Source: Haliotis rufescens | Lineage: Eukaryota | Assembly (NCBI RefSeq): GCF_023055435.1 | Contig: NW_025964372.1 | Coordinates: forward strand, 8,060,001 to 8,124,000 | DNA length: 64,000 bases | Direction: 5' to 3' | Shown here: one piece after another, positions 51,901 through 64,000 of the stretch | Position numbering within the stretch: position 1 is the stretch's first letter | How the letters are laid out: each line of letters begins with the position of its first letter | The notes under the pieces: model-generated | Told to the model about the DNA's origin: nothing | Seen by the model: the letters and a program-made list of their open reading frames with translations, nothing else | The model's database searches: none | Position numbers and translations under genes: made by a program

Positions 51901-53650
51901 GAATAAGGTATTGTTGATAAACAAGTATTTCTATATGGCCATTTTAAAAACAATTTGACGGATAAGTACTTTGAGCATATAAATATAAAACGTATATGGT
52001 AATAGTGTGCCACTGACTACTCGATGTGAATATTGTTGTATATCCTTGAGGTATACTGCCGCAACGTGTTGCGTTGACAACGGAGTCAGGCTTGTGAATT
52101 CTAACACTTTGCAAAACAAAGAGAAGAAAAGAAAACCAAAAGAAAATATATTCTTCCTTACACGATCTAATGTATCCGAAATCCTTCGTGCCACAGTCGA
52201 TCTCGGTAATACCGTCACTTGTTCCATAGGTAACATAGTCATAACTGCAGCGAGGACCTTGCTCAATGTCAAAGACACTAAACTCCAGATCGACCGTGAA
52301 AGAACCGCCAAAGTAAGGACGGAGCTCGAAGCAGCAGTCTTCGTTGTTTTGGTATTGACCAGAGCCAAACTCTATCTCTCCAATGAGATCTTCCCTCACG
52401 CCCCCAACACATCCTGAACATCATGGAAGATTATTTGAACACATTTTAATAAACGGACTGAACATATATGTTATCAAAATATGTGCTGGTCTTCATGTAG
52501 ATCTTAGTTCTCGTTGTACCTCTCTTTCAAATGCAAGGTCCATCCTCAGGTAAAATACCCATGAATGATAGGTCCCTGTTGAACGATATCATAAACACGT
52601 TCATGTATATTCACTTGATGTATTAATAGAGGTACATATTGTATTCATCAAAATATCATCAGACTTCAAACTATGAACTAATTGATCAAAACTCATTGAA
52701 ATATATACACCTTGAAATCATTTAAATATTCATATACTTTTTTTATTTTCATTTTTATTTGTGTGAAATAACCACATTGAAATGTAGAAACCGGAATCGG
52801 TTAACTAATGACGCTTTGTAACTGTTAACATAGATTTTGGACCACTTTTTCAAATACTTCCTCAGCTTCTTTGCATCACATGATACGACTCGCGACCTTC
52901 AGAAGAAACATTCAGGGTCCTTGTACCAACACATCTATCAAAACTCGATCAATGTTATACGTAGATTAGTCCAAACAGTTCGGGCGTTTCATATTTAGCT
53001 GCGTTTTCATTTTTTAGCCCGTTAAAGCTGTGAACTTACTACTTCCAGCTTGTCGCTTGAACCGTGCTTTCTCATTCTGTTGGAGAAAAATAATATATAT
53101 TGACTGTGGATGTATGAAGCACCCATAAAGGTATGGTTTGTATATTCAACGGCTTTTTGATAACCTCAGTATGATCTCATGACACTGCAAAATATCACTC
53201 ATTAAAAAAACGCTTTAAAAGTTTTAACAGCCAAGAATTCTTGATCTTTTTAGCCGAACACGACTTATAAACTATACATAACATAAGTGTGAACAATGAC
53301 ATTACGTGTTTCGTTCTGCAATAGAGATCTAGATTATCTACTCAAAAGAAGTTAAGAAACATCCAATTCTTTTATATTTCTACAATTATTTATCGTTGCA
53401 TGACAGAATGGATATTTTGCTCTCTGTAACTGGCGTACTGTTGTTTGTCACAGTTGTAAGCTATGAGTTGAATGACGACCAACTGCAGTTGTACTGAAGA
53501 GGACAGTAACACAGTTTATGTGTAAATCATGGCATTCGGTACAACGTTAGATAAGTTGCCGCGTACTACACTTACTTTGAATGCTCTTCCTTCTGTGGAG
53601 GCCAGACAGAGGCAAACCACCAGCAAGCTGATCACTGCACGTGGAGACAT
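46000..53650 (-). CDS. Secreted 4xCUB glycoprotein, paralog 3, 921 aa. Exons 53576-53650, 53040-53076, 52162-52413, 51659-51748, 51370-51537, 49965-50222, 49740-49850, 48406-49509, 47466-47720, 47165-47257, 46584-46811, 46260-46346, 46000-46007
   Basis: Same exon structure as paralog 2; 2766 nt in frame; only exons 5 and 8 change length. Confidence 0.9.
48423..49493 (-). repeat. 21-bp coding VNTR (NTTVAP[S/G]), ~51 units
   Basis: Exon 8 is 1104 nt versus 411 nt in paralog 2, a difference of exactly 33 x 21 nt. Confidence 0.95.
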
Positions 53651-55621
53651 CTTGATGTACTCTGTACCTCCAGACAATTGCTGAAACTTATATAGTCTCC
53701 GAGCTTCAAGAAATTAAAGATGCATGTTGATTTTCAGTAACGTCGATAACGTGGGTAGCGTCCGACATTCTGGAACAGTGCTAATTGTGTGACCACCCAC
53801 TGGAAATCCGATTGCACATATACCAACAGGACCATCTGCAGAATTTGATATCACAGACGCTGATGGTCACTATTGACATACCATTACTCTACAGATATTG
53901 ATATGTTGAAGACATTCACAATCAGCAAAAATACCACGTGGTAACGACGTGATAACCTCGTGTTAAGTAAAAGTTTGTTCTACAAGGCTGAAGGCGTATC
54001 TGGTCTAGAGACAATAGACAGGTGTGCGAAGAAGGGTGGTATGTTTCTAATGTTTTCCCAAACTATATACTAGTATGTCCAAAAGTTATTATTGATAACT
54101 GAAAAGTAAAGCTTTCGTATGTTTTTCTTCGACTGTGTACACATGTAAAGAAAACGATTACTTAATGTTACTGGACATAATGGAAAGCCTGACCGATATT
54201 CAGTCTAAAAATTCATAATATGAAAAATATGATTTTTGAAACAGTCACTTATTATGTCTTTGTATGTAATGTGCTATGTTGATGGTGGGACACGTGGTTC
54301 TGTTGGGTGTTTCAACAGGACGGCAGCGAACATATGGGGTATCACTCCCCACTCACCACTCATAGAGGAAAGACTGTTTGTTGGAGGAAAATGAGATTCT
54401 TGCAACCTTTGACTGTAGTCTCTTCTTTGTTTATCCTGAAATCAAATTGGGTCGTTATTGTTTGCCAGGCAATACGGAATTAATAGATATTTTCAATTTG
54501 CTGTGCAAGATATCCCAAGTCAGTATTTTTAAACTCTTTGTTCCTGCAAGTGTGAAGTATGGCTTTGGCTATGTTTACATTTATATTTCAGACAACGCTG
54601 ACGTTCGTACTTGCTATACCAATATGGACGAAAAGGTATAAGGCGTGTTACAACCCTCAATGTAAAAATTACTCTTAATGAAAAAAAAATGACATTAATG
54701 GTTACGGGTTAACTCTTGTTACAACCCTTAATGTAAACATTACTCTTAATATAAACATATATTACATTAAGGGTTGCGGGTTCACCCTTGTTATAACTCT
54801 TAATGTACAAAAATAGTTTTACATTAAGGGTTGAAATGGTAGATAATATTGTTTTTACATTAAGGGTTATCACTATGAAATAATACTTATCGAACTTTCA
54901 TGCAACTTCGCAGATTTAATTGATCGTTACTTTGTCTAGATGTGCAAATGACTAATAATTTTTCCTACTCTACAACGACCTCCTGGTTGTTATATTCAGG
55001 CTTCATAACCGATTTGTATCAAACTTACTAATAACAAAGGTTATTTTTCGATACTCTGCAAGGTAACCTCGTGACTATCCTAATACCGTAACGACGGAAA
55101 GGAGGACTCAGCCCAAGCAGATCAGACCAAGTTGTAGATGATGGTTGGTTGTTAGAATGGTCTATTAACAGAGTTTTAGGCATAAAATAATGGACTTTTT
55201 CTTGCAGTATTACGGATATGACAGTTAAGCATACACCAGAATCAAATGTTATTACAAACGACTGGAATTCCAATGCAATGGTGTTTGGTTAGAATAAGAA
55301 ACCGTAGGTTTCCCAAGTACCGTGCCGAGTCAAATATAGCCACTTAAAAGTTATATTTTTCGGATATGCAGTTTCTATAGCAGTTAAGCAGATCTTGTAG
55401 TAAGACCATTGTTGATTGAAGAAGAATTAGGCATACGGCCTGTAGAGTATTTCATGTCAGTTAGGGATCGACCATTCGATCTTCTGGGGGAGCTGACATA
55501 TAAGCTATAAAAAGATAATTTTTACATTAAGGGTTGCGGGTTGTTACTCTCAATGAATTATATTTTTTACATTAAGATTTAACGCATAAACCTTAATGTA
55601 AAGGCGCCACAAAGTGCTGTT

Positions 55622-57195
55622 AAGAGTTGCGTTCCTTATTTGTTCCAGGTTCAGCTGGTTGTACTTCGAATCCCAGATTCGCCCTGAGTATAAGCTTTGG
55701 CCTTATTTTCAAAATAAATAGAATTACTTGTAGAGTACATGAACGAAACTGAACGAGTCATACGTGCTTACACCAAGTACTACTCATACCCGTGAGATAT
55801 AGAAAAATGTATTTAATTTGGTCTTTTGCCCAAATAAAATTCACGAATTGAGATGCCTTGGGTCCACAGAGTAGAGACACAATATTGTAAGTGAAATGTT
55901 TTCTACAATACAGAACGCGTTGAATATACAAGGCTGTATCATTAAGTAATTCGGAATTATTTGTAAACATTAGAATAGGTACTGAAAGATAAATTGATAA
56001 CAAATAATATTGGCTGAGTAATTTATACCTGTCCCAACTGAAACTGCATAGGTCGTGCGTGATATTGGTCTTCATCGGCGTTCCGACAACAGTTTACATA
56101 TTCTTCCTGTTTTATGAGTAAGTGAGTGATTGTGGTTTTACGCCACTTTAAGCAATATTCCAGCAATATCCAGAAATGGGCTCCACACAAAGTGCCCATG
56201 TAGGGAATCGAACCCGGGTCTTCAGCGTCGCGAGCGAACGCTTTAACCACGAGGCTACCCCCCTCCCCCCCCTGGTTTATGAAATAGCATCATACACATA
56301 CAGTGGGTCTGCTAATTATGGTATTTTTGTTACACCAGGATATGATGCAAAGTAGTTATTTATCAAAATCGAAATGTTTTTGTGAACCCGGAATACGTCT
56401 ATTTACAGGCGGTTTGTGCATGTTTCACTCCATTGGTTACTTTGTGCCATCTCCAACCCGCGAGCACAGAGATGCGTCACAGAGACCAAGGGTCAGAATC
56501 GGAGGTCATCCAGGGTTGGAACTTACGATCAGTGGATCCATCGTATGATGAAAGTATAGCGTCGACCACTTGTCCACGCGCACCCCTTCTCACATGGAAC
56601 ATATATTAGTTTTCATCATACTATGTACATTTGACATGGGCCGCCTCCGCGGTCTAGTGGATAGAGTATCCGCCCGGTATTCATGTCAAACAGCGAAATG
56701 GTATTCAGTGGGATAGCACTATGAAGTCGGCATTAGTCCTGGCTAGTACAAGCATCCACACAAACACGTGCATGTACGTCGCTATATCAGTGCAATAATC
56801 ACATGTCTGACATGACATTGTGTTTCTTTTGCCAAAGACCATTAACTAGATAGTTTCAAGTCGATACAGCTTATTGGTAAAGAGTTAACAATATTTAAGA
56901 CACATGTTGTTTTACGTATCTTAATCCAAGTAATTCTGACCCGGACGCCAGGGTCAAAGGCAGCCATCAACGCGGAACTCAAGCAGGAATTACCAATGCT
57001 TTCATCTGAAATAATACGTGATCGTGTCGTTCGGTTCACTATCGGTAACTGTTAAGTTTTACGACGATGATATTTTAACATTTTCAGTTGTCTAAACATG
57101 AATCAAACAAATAGTCGATGCACTTACTGGTATTCTGCACTTAGCAGGCTCAATCAAGAACCCAATGACCACGAAGGTTATTCAGTTTGTATAAA
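55622..57195 (-). pseudogene. Decayed LBP/BPI-like gene (unit 3 copy, ATG 57005)
   Basis: Duplicate of 3988-5715; retains GGA TTA AGA TAC GTAAAA at the exon end. Confidence 0.4.
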
Positions 57196-60100
57196 AGGTT
57201 AATTGTATGACAATGTACCAAATGATCTGTCCCCAATATCTAGAAAACAAATTGGTTTACTCTTACAATGACAACGATAGTTTAGTTCAGCTGGAATTGG
57301 TTGGGGAAGGGCACCGTAGCCCACATACAGGCAAACAATGTCTGTAGTGTGTGACAGATGAAGCATCGGGTAATTACTAGAGTTCACATTATAGAGTAGT
57401 GGCCAGACCCTCATACCCCTCCCCATAGTAGAAATAGCAAACTGAGATTTTCCTTATGTTTTTGTATCCAACAGACTAGAAAATGGTGGTTGTGGTCAAA
57501 TGGGTTGGTGGCAGATACAGTCAAAATGCACTTTTCTGTTGTAAAAATGGAGAAACTCAAACATTGTCCCACTGAATTCTAGTAGACTGGAATTATTATT
57601 ATTTTTTAAAATATAGCCTCTCGCAAATTGAGTTATTAGTAAAAATATTTTGCTCTATTTTCATTTTTAATTATTTGAAAAAGAACCGAAATGAGCTATT
57701 AGTATTATCATCCAAGCCATTTGATATCTCAAAATGAGCCGACACGCCTTATGATGAGATGGCAGTGTTCATATTACACATAATCGTTATGATTTAAAAC
57801 AAATAGTAACAAAATGTCAAAATGTGCATTTGTTGTATTCACATTGTTAATTTCATTAATAATGGATTTATACAACACATACCTATCACCGTTTGCAAAT
57901 ACCTTTTCTATATAGGATTTTATTATATAAATCAATGATTATCTAAACCACCGAGGAAGGTCAATGTCACTTTGAAGGTCAAGTTCTAAATTAATACATA
58001 AATTCATAAAAATGCTACAAATGCACATACAACTATCATTACTGGTTCTGGGTATGCTTGGTAAAGATCTATAGAATATACGAGGAAACAAACTAAAAAT
58101 GTGCACAACCAGATCAAAATAACTGCTGCCCCTTAGAGAACATATATATTTACCTGTGAGAACAAGACAGTAACAAGATAACAAAGGTGGAAACAAGGGA
58201 AGCCAACAGTTAATTGGCTCTGATAGGTGATTAGCAATGGACAAATTGAACCGTATACATTCTCCGAGCCAATGGCAGAGGCACCAGCAGCGCAAGTCCC
58301 AACCCCAGAGGATGTATATTCCAACTGTGTCCACCAATACATTGGATGTACCCTCAGATCCCTCAACACCAGACTCTATTGCTATTTCCTATCAGTGCTA
58401 ATTACCCCCTGCCTCCCGTTTGCCCCTTGTTCATTGCCTATTTCCAACCAGTGATAAAGTCCTGCTGTCATCCATCAGCGCTTATTAACTGTTGGCTTAC
58501 CTTGTTTAGTTTCCACCTTTGTTATCTTATTACTTTTGTTGTTCTTACAGGTACATATATATGTTCTCTGCTTCGTAGCATTAATTCACCTGATGAAGGA
58601 GCAAGTATATATTCCGAAATGATCCTCATTATAAAGAAGTCGACATCCGTAAAGTCTCTCCTTTATGTGTAACACTTCTAAATGCCATCTAAAGACTTCA
58701 AGGTTACAAAACCTTATAATCTGACATATAAATCAGAATATTCATGAATACACTATTTCTGTAAATACCCAAAGGAGTGCACTATTATGATTATATTTGT
58801 AATGACATACCTGATTCAACATAAGAGAAAGTCACTTAAATTGCAAAACGCGTACAGTTCGGTATGACTAGACTTCAAATGTAGTCAAAAGTAACAAAAA
58901 ATGAATATGATCGAGATGTAACCGAGAAATATCTTTACTCATGCCATAGAACATTATTTTCGGTTATGTTGCCATACTCCGTCCCAATCACAATTCTGAA
59001 CTTGTTCACGACAGACGTAATTAAAAATTAACATATCGGTTTTTACTTTCCACATAAAGCAGTAGGACTATCTATCTGGTCCATTACTTGACGTTTGGTT
59101 TCTTTAAAGACAACTGTCGCATGGAAGGCAACATACAATTGTATGAGTGGCATGTGTTACCGGTAGGGCAGGACAGTACTTTTTTCACTGATTTTCAGCG
59201 ATCTATTCACATCATTTTTCGCTTTGGCTGTTTTGCTTTTACGCTCAAGGGAATCTGTATTGGCGGACAATCGAGCCTGGTTTTTGACATTTTATAACTT
59301 TTAAGAAATATTTTTTTCTGTTATGTTCTGCAATACTGAATTTAAGGGTCGTGTCTATAATATATTACCACATTTATATACTGTAATAATGTGTTAGGTT
59401 TTAAACATACTTAGCTTTGGATTAATATCGCTGAAAGGAACAAAACAATATTTGTGTGTTTTAACTCTACACGTTAATGACATTTATCACATGTCAGGGG
59501 CTCAATATCCCAAAATATCAACATGCTTTGAACATAACATGTTCATGAAAAGTGTGGAATATAGTTATGGTGTCATTCATTAATTACCCATCCCGCTTAC
59601 GAGGTACGTCTAGAAGAGTCAGAAGAGAGATTTTATCACTTTGCTTTGATAAATACAGCAGCAAGCAAGAGTCGAGCAAGGATTGTAGAAATATCCATAT
59701 TTGATCGGACATGTTTAAGCTCTTGCTTGGTGTTGATGTTGTCGTATTGTAAGCATCTCAGAGCATGATATACCAAGTACCAAAACTGTTTAAACGGTTT
59801 AGAGGGTTGGGTGGGTCGCTGGAGTGTGCCCACCTCTAATATGAAGACAGAGATCATATTAGATGAGTAAACGTTAACTGAGATAATGATAATGATAAGA
59901 TCTTATGGAAATTGTTTGAACTCACATTCTTGTGTAACTTAATGATACAGCTTAATTGCACTGAGCTGAGTTCATCTGGACTGGGTATTCTCTGTAATTT
60001 ATTTGTAAGTGAATCGTGAAAGGCAGTTACATGCTGGTAAGTGTGATCTAGAAGAACATTGTGAAACATGATATTCTTATGGTGATGACTGGTTATAAAT

Positions 60101-60481
60101 TCAGAGAAGACAGCTTTTTCGACATTGCTGACACCTATAGAAGATGCTTTCAAGCAATACATGTTGAGATCCATGTTTCAGACGACAATATGGCTGCAGA
60201 TATATCACTCATCTCATCTGCAGTGACAGATCACATGTCATTTGAACCTGAGGCTTGAGTGACAGTGCAGTGGTGGCAGAGACTATATGTATCTTACTGC
60301 ATTGGAGAAAAATATGGATTTGGTAAAGAGTTTCTGACAATATTGAAGCATTTGGAAGTAAGCGTTTGTTTGTTTATTTGTTTGTTGTTTAACGCCGCAC
60401 TCAACAATGTTCCAGCTCTATGACGGCGGACTGTAAAATAATCGAGTCCTGACCAGACTATTCAGTGATTGACAACATGAG

Positions 60482-63400
60482 TGTAGCAGGTTAGGGTGGT
60501 GCAAATATCACAGTTAAGACCAACGCCTGCTGGGGGTGAGATGCGACCAAAAAGCCACAAGTTTATTTTCCATTCCAATATTCACCATGGAACATAATTG
60601 AACAAATAATAAATAAATAATTATACTCATTAAAACATTGCACTTATCACCGTTATTTATATAATAATTAAAATGCATTTACATTATTATATGATGTTAT
60701 CCATATTACTTCAACTGTATCAATGCACTTTTATATACAAGATGTATATTATACATACATGAAATATAAACGATGAATAACTAAATTATTATGCCTACCG
60801 AATGTATGGCACTCAGGTGATAGTAGGCCAAATCACTCGTCACTCAGATCCATCTATAAATAACATACACATGTCATTCTAACTTTAATATAAATATCAT
60901 AAAATAATATACATAGTAATCTACTGCCATATTAATTCAATTTAAACCTACTACCAACATTATCTCAAATAGAATGTCACAGATAAACCTACATAAATAT
61001 ACACATTACCTATGCTGTAATATGCTCATAATTATACACAACACACATTTCTCATGGCAAACAATATGGCGGACACAAATACTTATATCTGTCGCCTTTA
61101 TCATAAAAACATATTATAGTACATTACATCAGAGAATCATAAACATGAATGGTGTGTTTATTATCGTTACTTTACTTATGACATAAATTACATTCATACA
61201 CTCAAATCCCACAAGTATATCTACACTAAAATAATATTTACATTATACATGCTGTACTAAAACAAATATTACATCCTACATAATGTTTATAATCTAGTAT
61301 TAAAACTAACCTTTGGAGATTTATAGTGAAGATGAAGCTGTGAAAGTCCTTGGCACAATACGTGTCAAAATATGAGTCTCATGTCGTGACTGTCCAGAGA
61401 GAGCTGTGTATAGTAGACTGACTTAGTGCCTGTGTTAGTATAGAAGCTTGCCCTCTAAAAGCAAGACAAAAGAATAATCTGAAAAGAATTGCCCCTGACA
61501 ATAAACAAAAGAACTTACCAGCCCAAGTTCAGCTTGGAGCAATCAGGTTGGAAACTTGTACCGTACATGATCTAATAAAATACACCAATTACACTGTCTA
61601 AAACCAATACCATATATATATACAGATAAATTATAGAAATGACACTGCCACACACTTCCCCCCTTCGACAAATGACGTCCACGTCATCATAGCTTTCCTG
61701 TTACCAGATTCACAAGAGCTTCTGATGCCTGGTCACATCTGCTTGCTACGACTCCTGTGGCTATGAACGAACTAAGGTAATCTGCTCTTGATTTCCAGTC
61801 TGGCTTTGGTGTTGTGTCGTCGCCATCACATACTTCCCACTCGTCTGCCAGTGCGGTTTCATCCTTTCTCTCTGTGACCTCCTAAGTTGTGGGGTAGGTA
61901 GCATCCTCCTCCTAGGTCTGTCGTCAGGTGTGGTCACTGTTGGTGGTGGTTCAGGAGTGTCTGCTTCAGTCTGCACATCCTCTTGTGCAGAAGCATCTAC
62001 ATCCTCCAGCAACAAGTCGACAGGTGGTATGGGCGGTCCAGGAGCTTCGGCTTCAATCTGCACATCCTCTTGTACAGAAAAGCATCGACTTCTTCTTGCA
62101 ACAAGTCGACAGGTAGTATGGGCGGTCCAGGAGCTTCGGTTTCAATCTGCACATCCTCCTGTGCAGAAACCACGACATCACCTGGAGTACCCACAGTCAC
62201 ATCCACGTCATCTCTGGCTCTCTGTAGGTCATCTAACCTGTGATCCTCAATCAGAGCGACGTCTGTAACAACTTCAGTTTCACCCTCAGGTGGCCCATCA
62301 GCTGGTACACCAGCTGAAACTGAGGGTTCTGATGAGGTCACGGGCCCAATACAAATATCATCATCTGAATCTTCCTCTTGATCCTGGCACAAGTTCTCCG
62401 TAACATCCTGAGTTGATAATCCGGATGGAGCACTTGATGTCTTGTATTTCTGATAGGGTCTTTCAGTAGGGACAGGTGCCTTTTGAACTGGTAGTGGCAG
62501 ACATCCTATGGGGAGCAGTAGATTCCTGTGGAGAGTCCTCCGTTTCCCATCATCTCTTTCCTTTCTTACCACAAACACAGGTATCGCAGGATCAGGCTGT
62601 TTGAGAATTACGTAAACATTCTCCTCCCATTTATCTGCGATCTTGTGTTTCCCATCAAAAGCGACGATCTTTACAAGCACTCTGTCTCCAACGTCCAACA
62701 TGGCAGCTCTAGCTTTGGCGTCATAGTTAGTCTTCTGTCTTGTTTGGGATTTGTCAGCAGCTTCAGCAGCAAGTTCGTACGCCTGTTTCAGTCGGTCTCT
62801 CAGGGGCTTAGTATATTCCGACAGGGACTTGGCCTTGCTTGGGTCGATCTCCAGTCCAAAAGCTAGGTCAACAGGAAGTCTTGGATGTCTACCGTACATG
62901 AGGAAGAATGGTGAGTATCCAGTCGTCTCATGTCTTGTAGAGTTGTATGCATGTACAAGAGGACCTACATGGCTCTTCCAGTCCTTCTTCCCAATAGCAT
63001 CCAAGGTTCCAAGCATATTAAGTAGAGTCCTGTTGAAACGTTCACATTGACCCTTACCCATAGCATGGTAAGGAGTAGTTCTCGACTTGTCGATCTGTGT
63101 GAGACTGCACAACTCCTTCATAAGCTTTCCCTAAAAGTTCGCTCCTTGGTCCGAGTTGATCCTCTTAGGTAGTCCATAGTTAACCACAAAGTTCTTGAAG
63201 AATACTTCGGCTGTTGTCCGAGCAATCATATTCTTAGTGGGATAAGCCTGGGCGTAGCGGGTGAAATGATCTGTGATAACTAGTATACACTATTGTCCTC
63301 CCTTGCATGGTTCCAATGTCAGAAAATCCATACAGACTAACTCCAAGGGCTGGGTGGTCTTGATACTTACTAAAGGTGCTTTCACTGTTGTGCCGCTCTT

Positions 63401-64000
63401 CCTCCTAATGCATCTTTCACACTGGCTGACATGGTTCTCTATGTCCTTAGTCATCCCAGGCCAGAAGAAGCGATCCCGATTAAGAGAATTAGTTCTATCA
63501 CATCCGGGATGTCCAACTTTGTCATGGAGGCAGCGCAGGACTGATTGGCGACATCTACTTGGCAGAACAAGTTGCTCGCAGGTTTCACCATCCACTGATA
63601 TAACTCGGTAAAGGACTCCTCTTTGATGTTTGAAGCTTGAAATGTTCTTATTGAGACCACTCATCTCAGGATCTGCTCGACAATCACTTGGTCTTGGCTT
63701 AGTTCCATTCCTCAGATGGGCCATAACAGTATCCAAGGCTGGGTCTCTGGCTTGGGCTCTTCTCCAGTCTCGGGCATTGGCATCACACTTCTCATCACTT
63801 ATTTCTACTTCCTGCTCCTGAATAATGGCTGATGAAACAGATACACCCTCCACGAGACTAAGGGTAGATGTCATGTTGCAGATAGCATTGATGGAATGTG
63901 ATGAAATCTGTCTCATAGTCGACTGATCCTCGGGTGTTGGAAGTCGTGACAACGCATCAGCATCAGCATTGTACTTCCCAGGCTGGTATGAGATCGTGAA
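60482..64000 (-). mobile_element. pol: Second copy of the Gypsy element: intact 3' LTR 60482-61652, PPT, integrase and RNase H end; runs off window
   Basis: Same TGAG target; ORFs 61997-63121 and 63290-63952 nearly identical to 17920-19044 and the end of 19213-20997. Confidence 0.96.

Larger units (their letters stand above)
51481..64000 (+). repeat. Near-identical segmental duplicate of 1-9699 + 17102-19923 (lacking the CMC element)
   Basis: Colinear with sparse substitutions and two ~155-bp indels; same Gypsy insertion site and same disabling mutations. Confidence 0.95.

Overview
Eukaryotic, AT-rich invertebrate DNA. The SINE families look like those of gastropods, probably abalone (Haliotis); this is inferred from repeat style, not proven. 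The window is a tandem array with a basic unit of about 17-18 kb. Each unit carries a 13-exon minus-strand gene for a secreted protein: signal peptide, furin site RFKR, CUB1, N-glycan repeat linker, CUB2, (NTTVAP[S/G])n linker, CUB3, CUB4. Two copies are complete (28542-35818, 777 aa; 46000-53650, 921 aa) and one is cut by the window edge (1-2016). The two linker exons differ greatly and reciprocally in length between paralogs. Each unit also holds a decayed spliced gene resembling the N-terminus of LBP/BPI, Penelope-like and LINE fragments, and SINEs. Alternate units carry a defective Ty3/Gypsy LTR element at the same site inside a SINE (9003-25702 and 60482->64000), giving a higher-order repeat with offset ~51.48 kb. 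Only the first Gypsy copy has a 7.4-kb CACTA/Mirage/Chapaev (CMC)-type DNA element in its LTR (9700-17098; CACAG...CTGTG ends, TTA duplication, ~0.75-kb TIRs). That element has no recognisable transposase and carries a decayed 3-exon cargo gene of unknown family next to a nested palindrome. Exon boundaries were read by eye and checked for reading-frame phase; no database searches were run.
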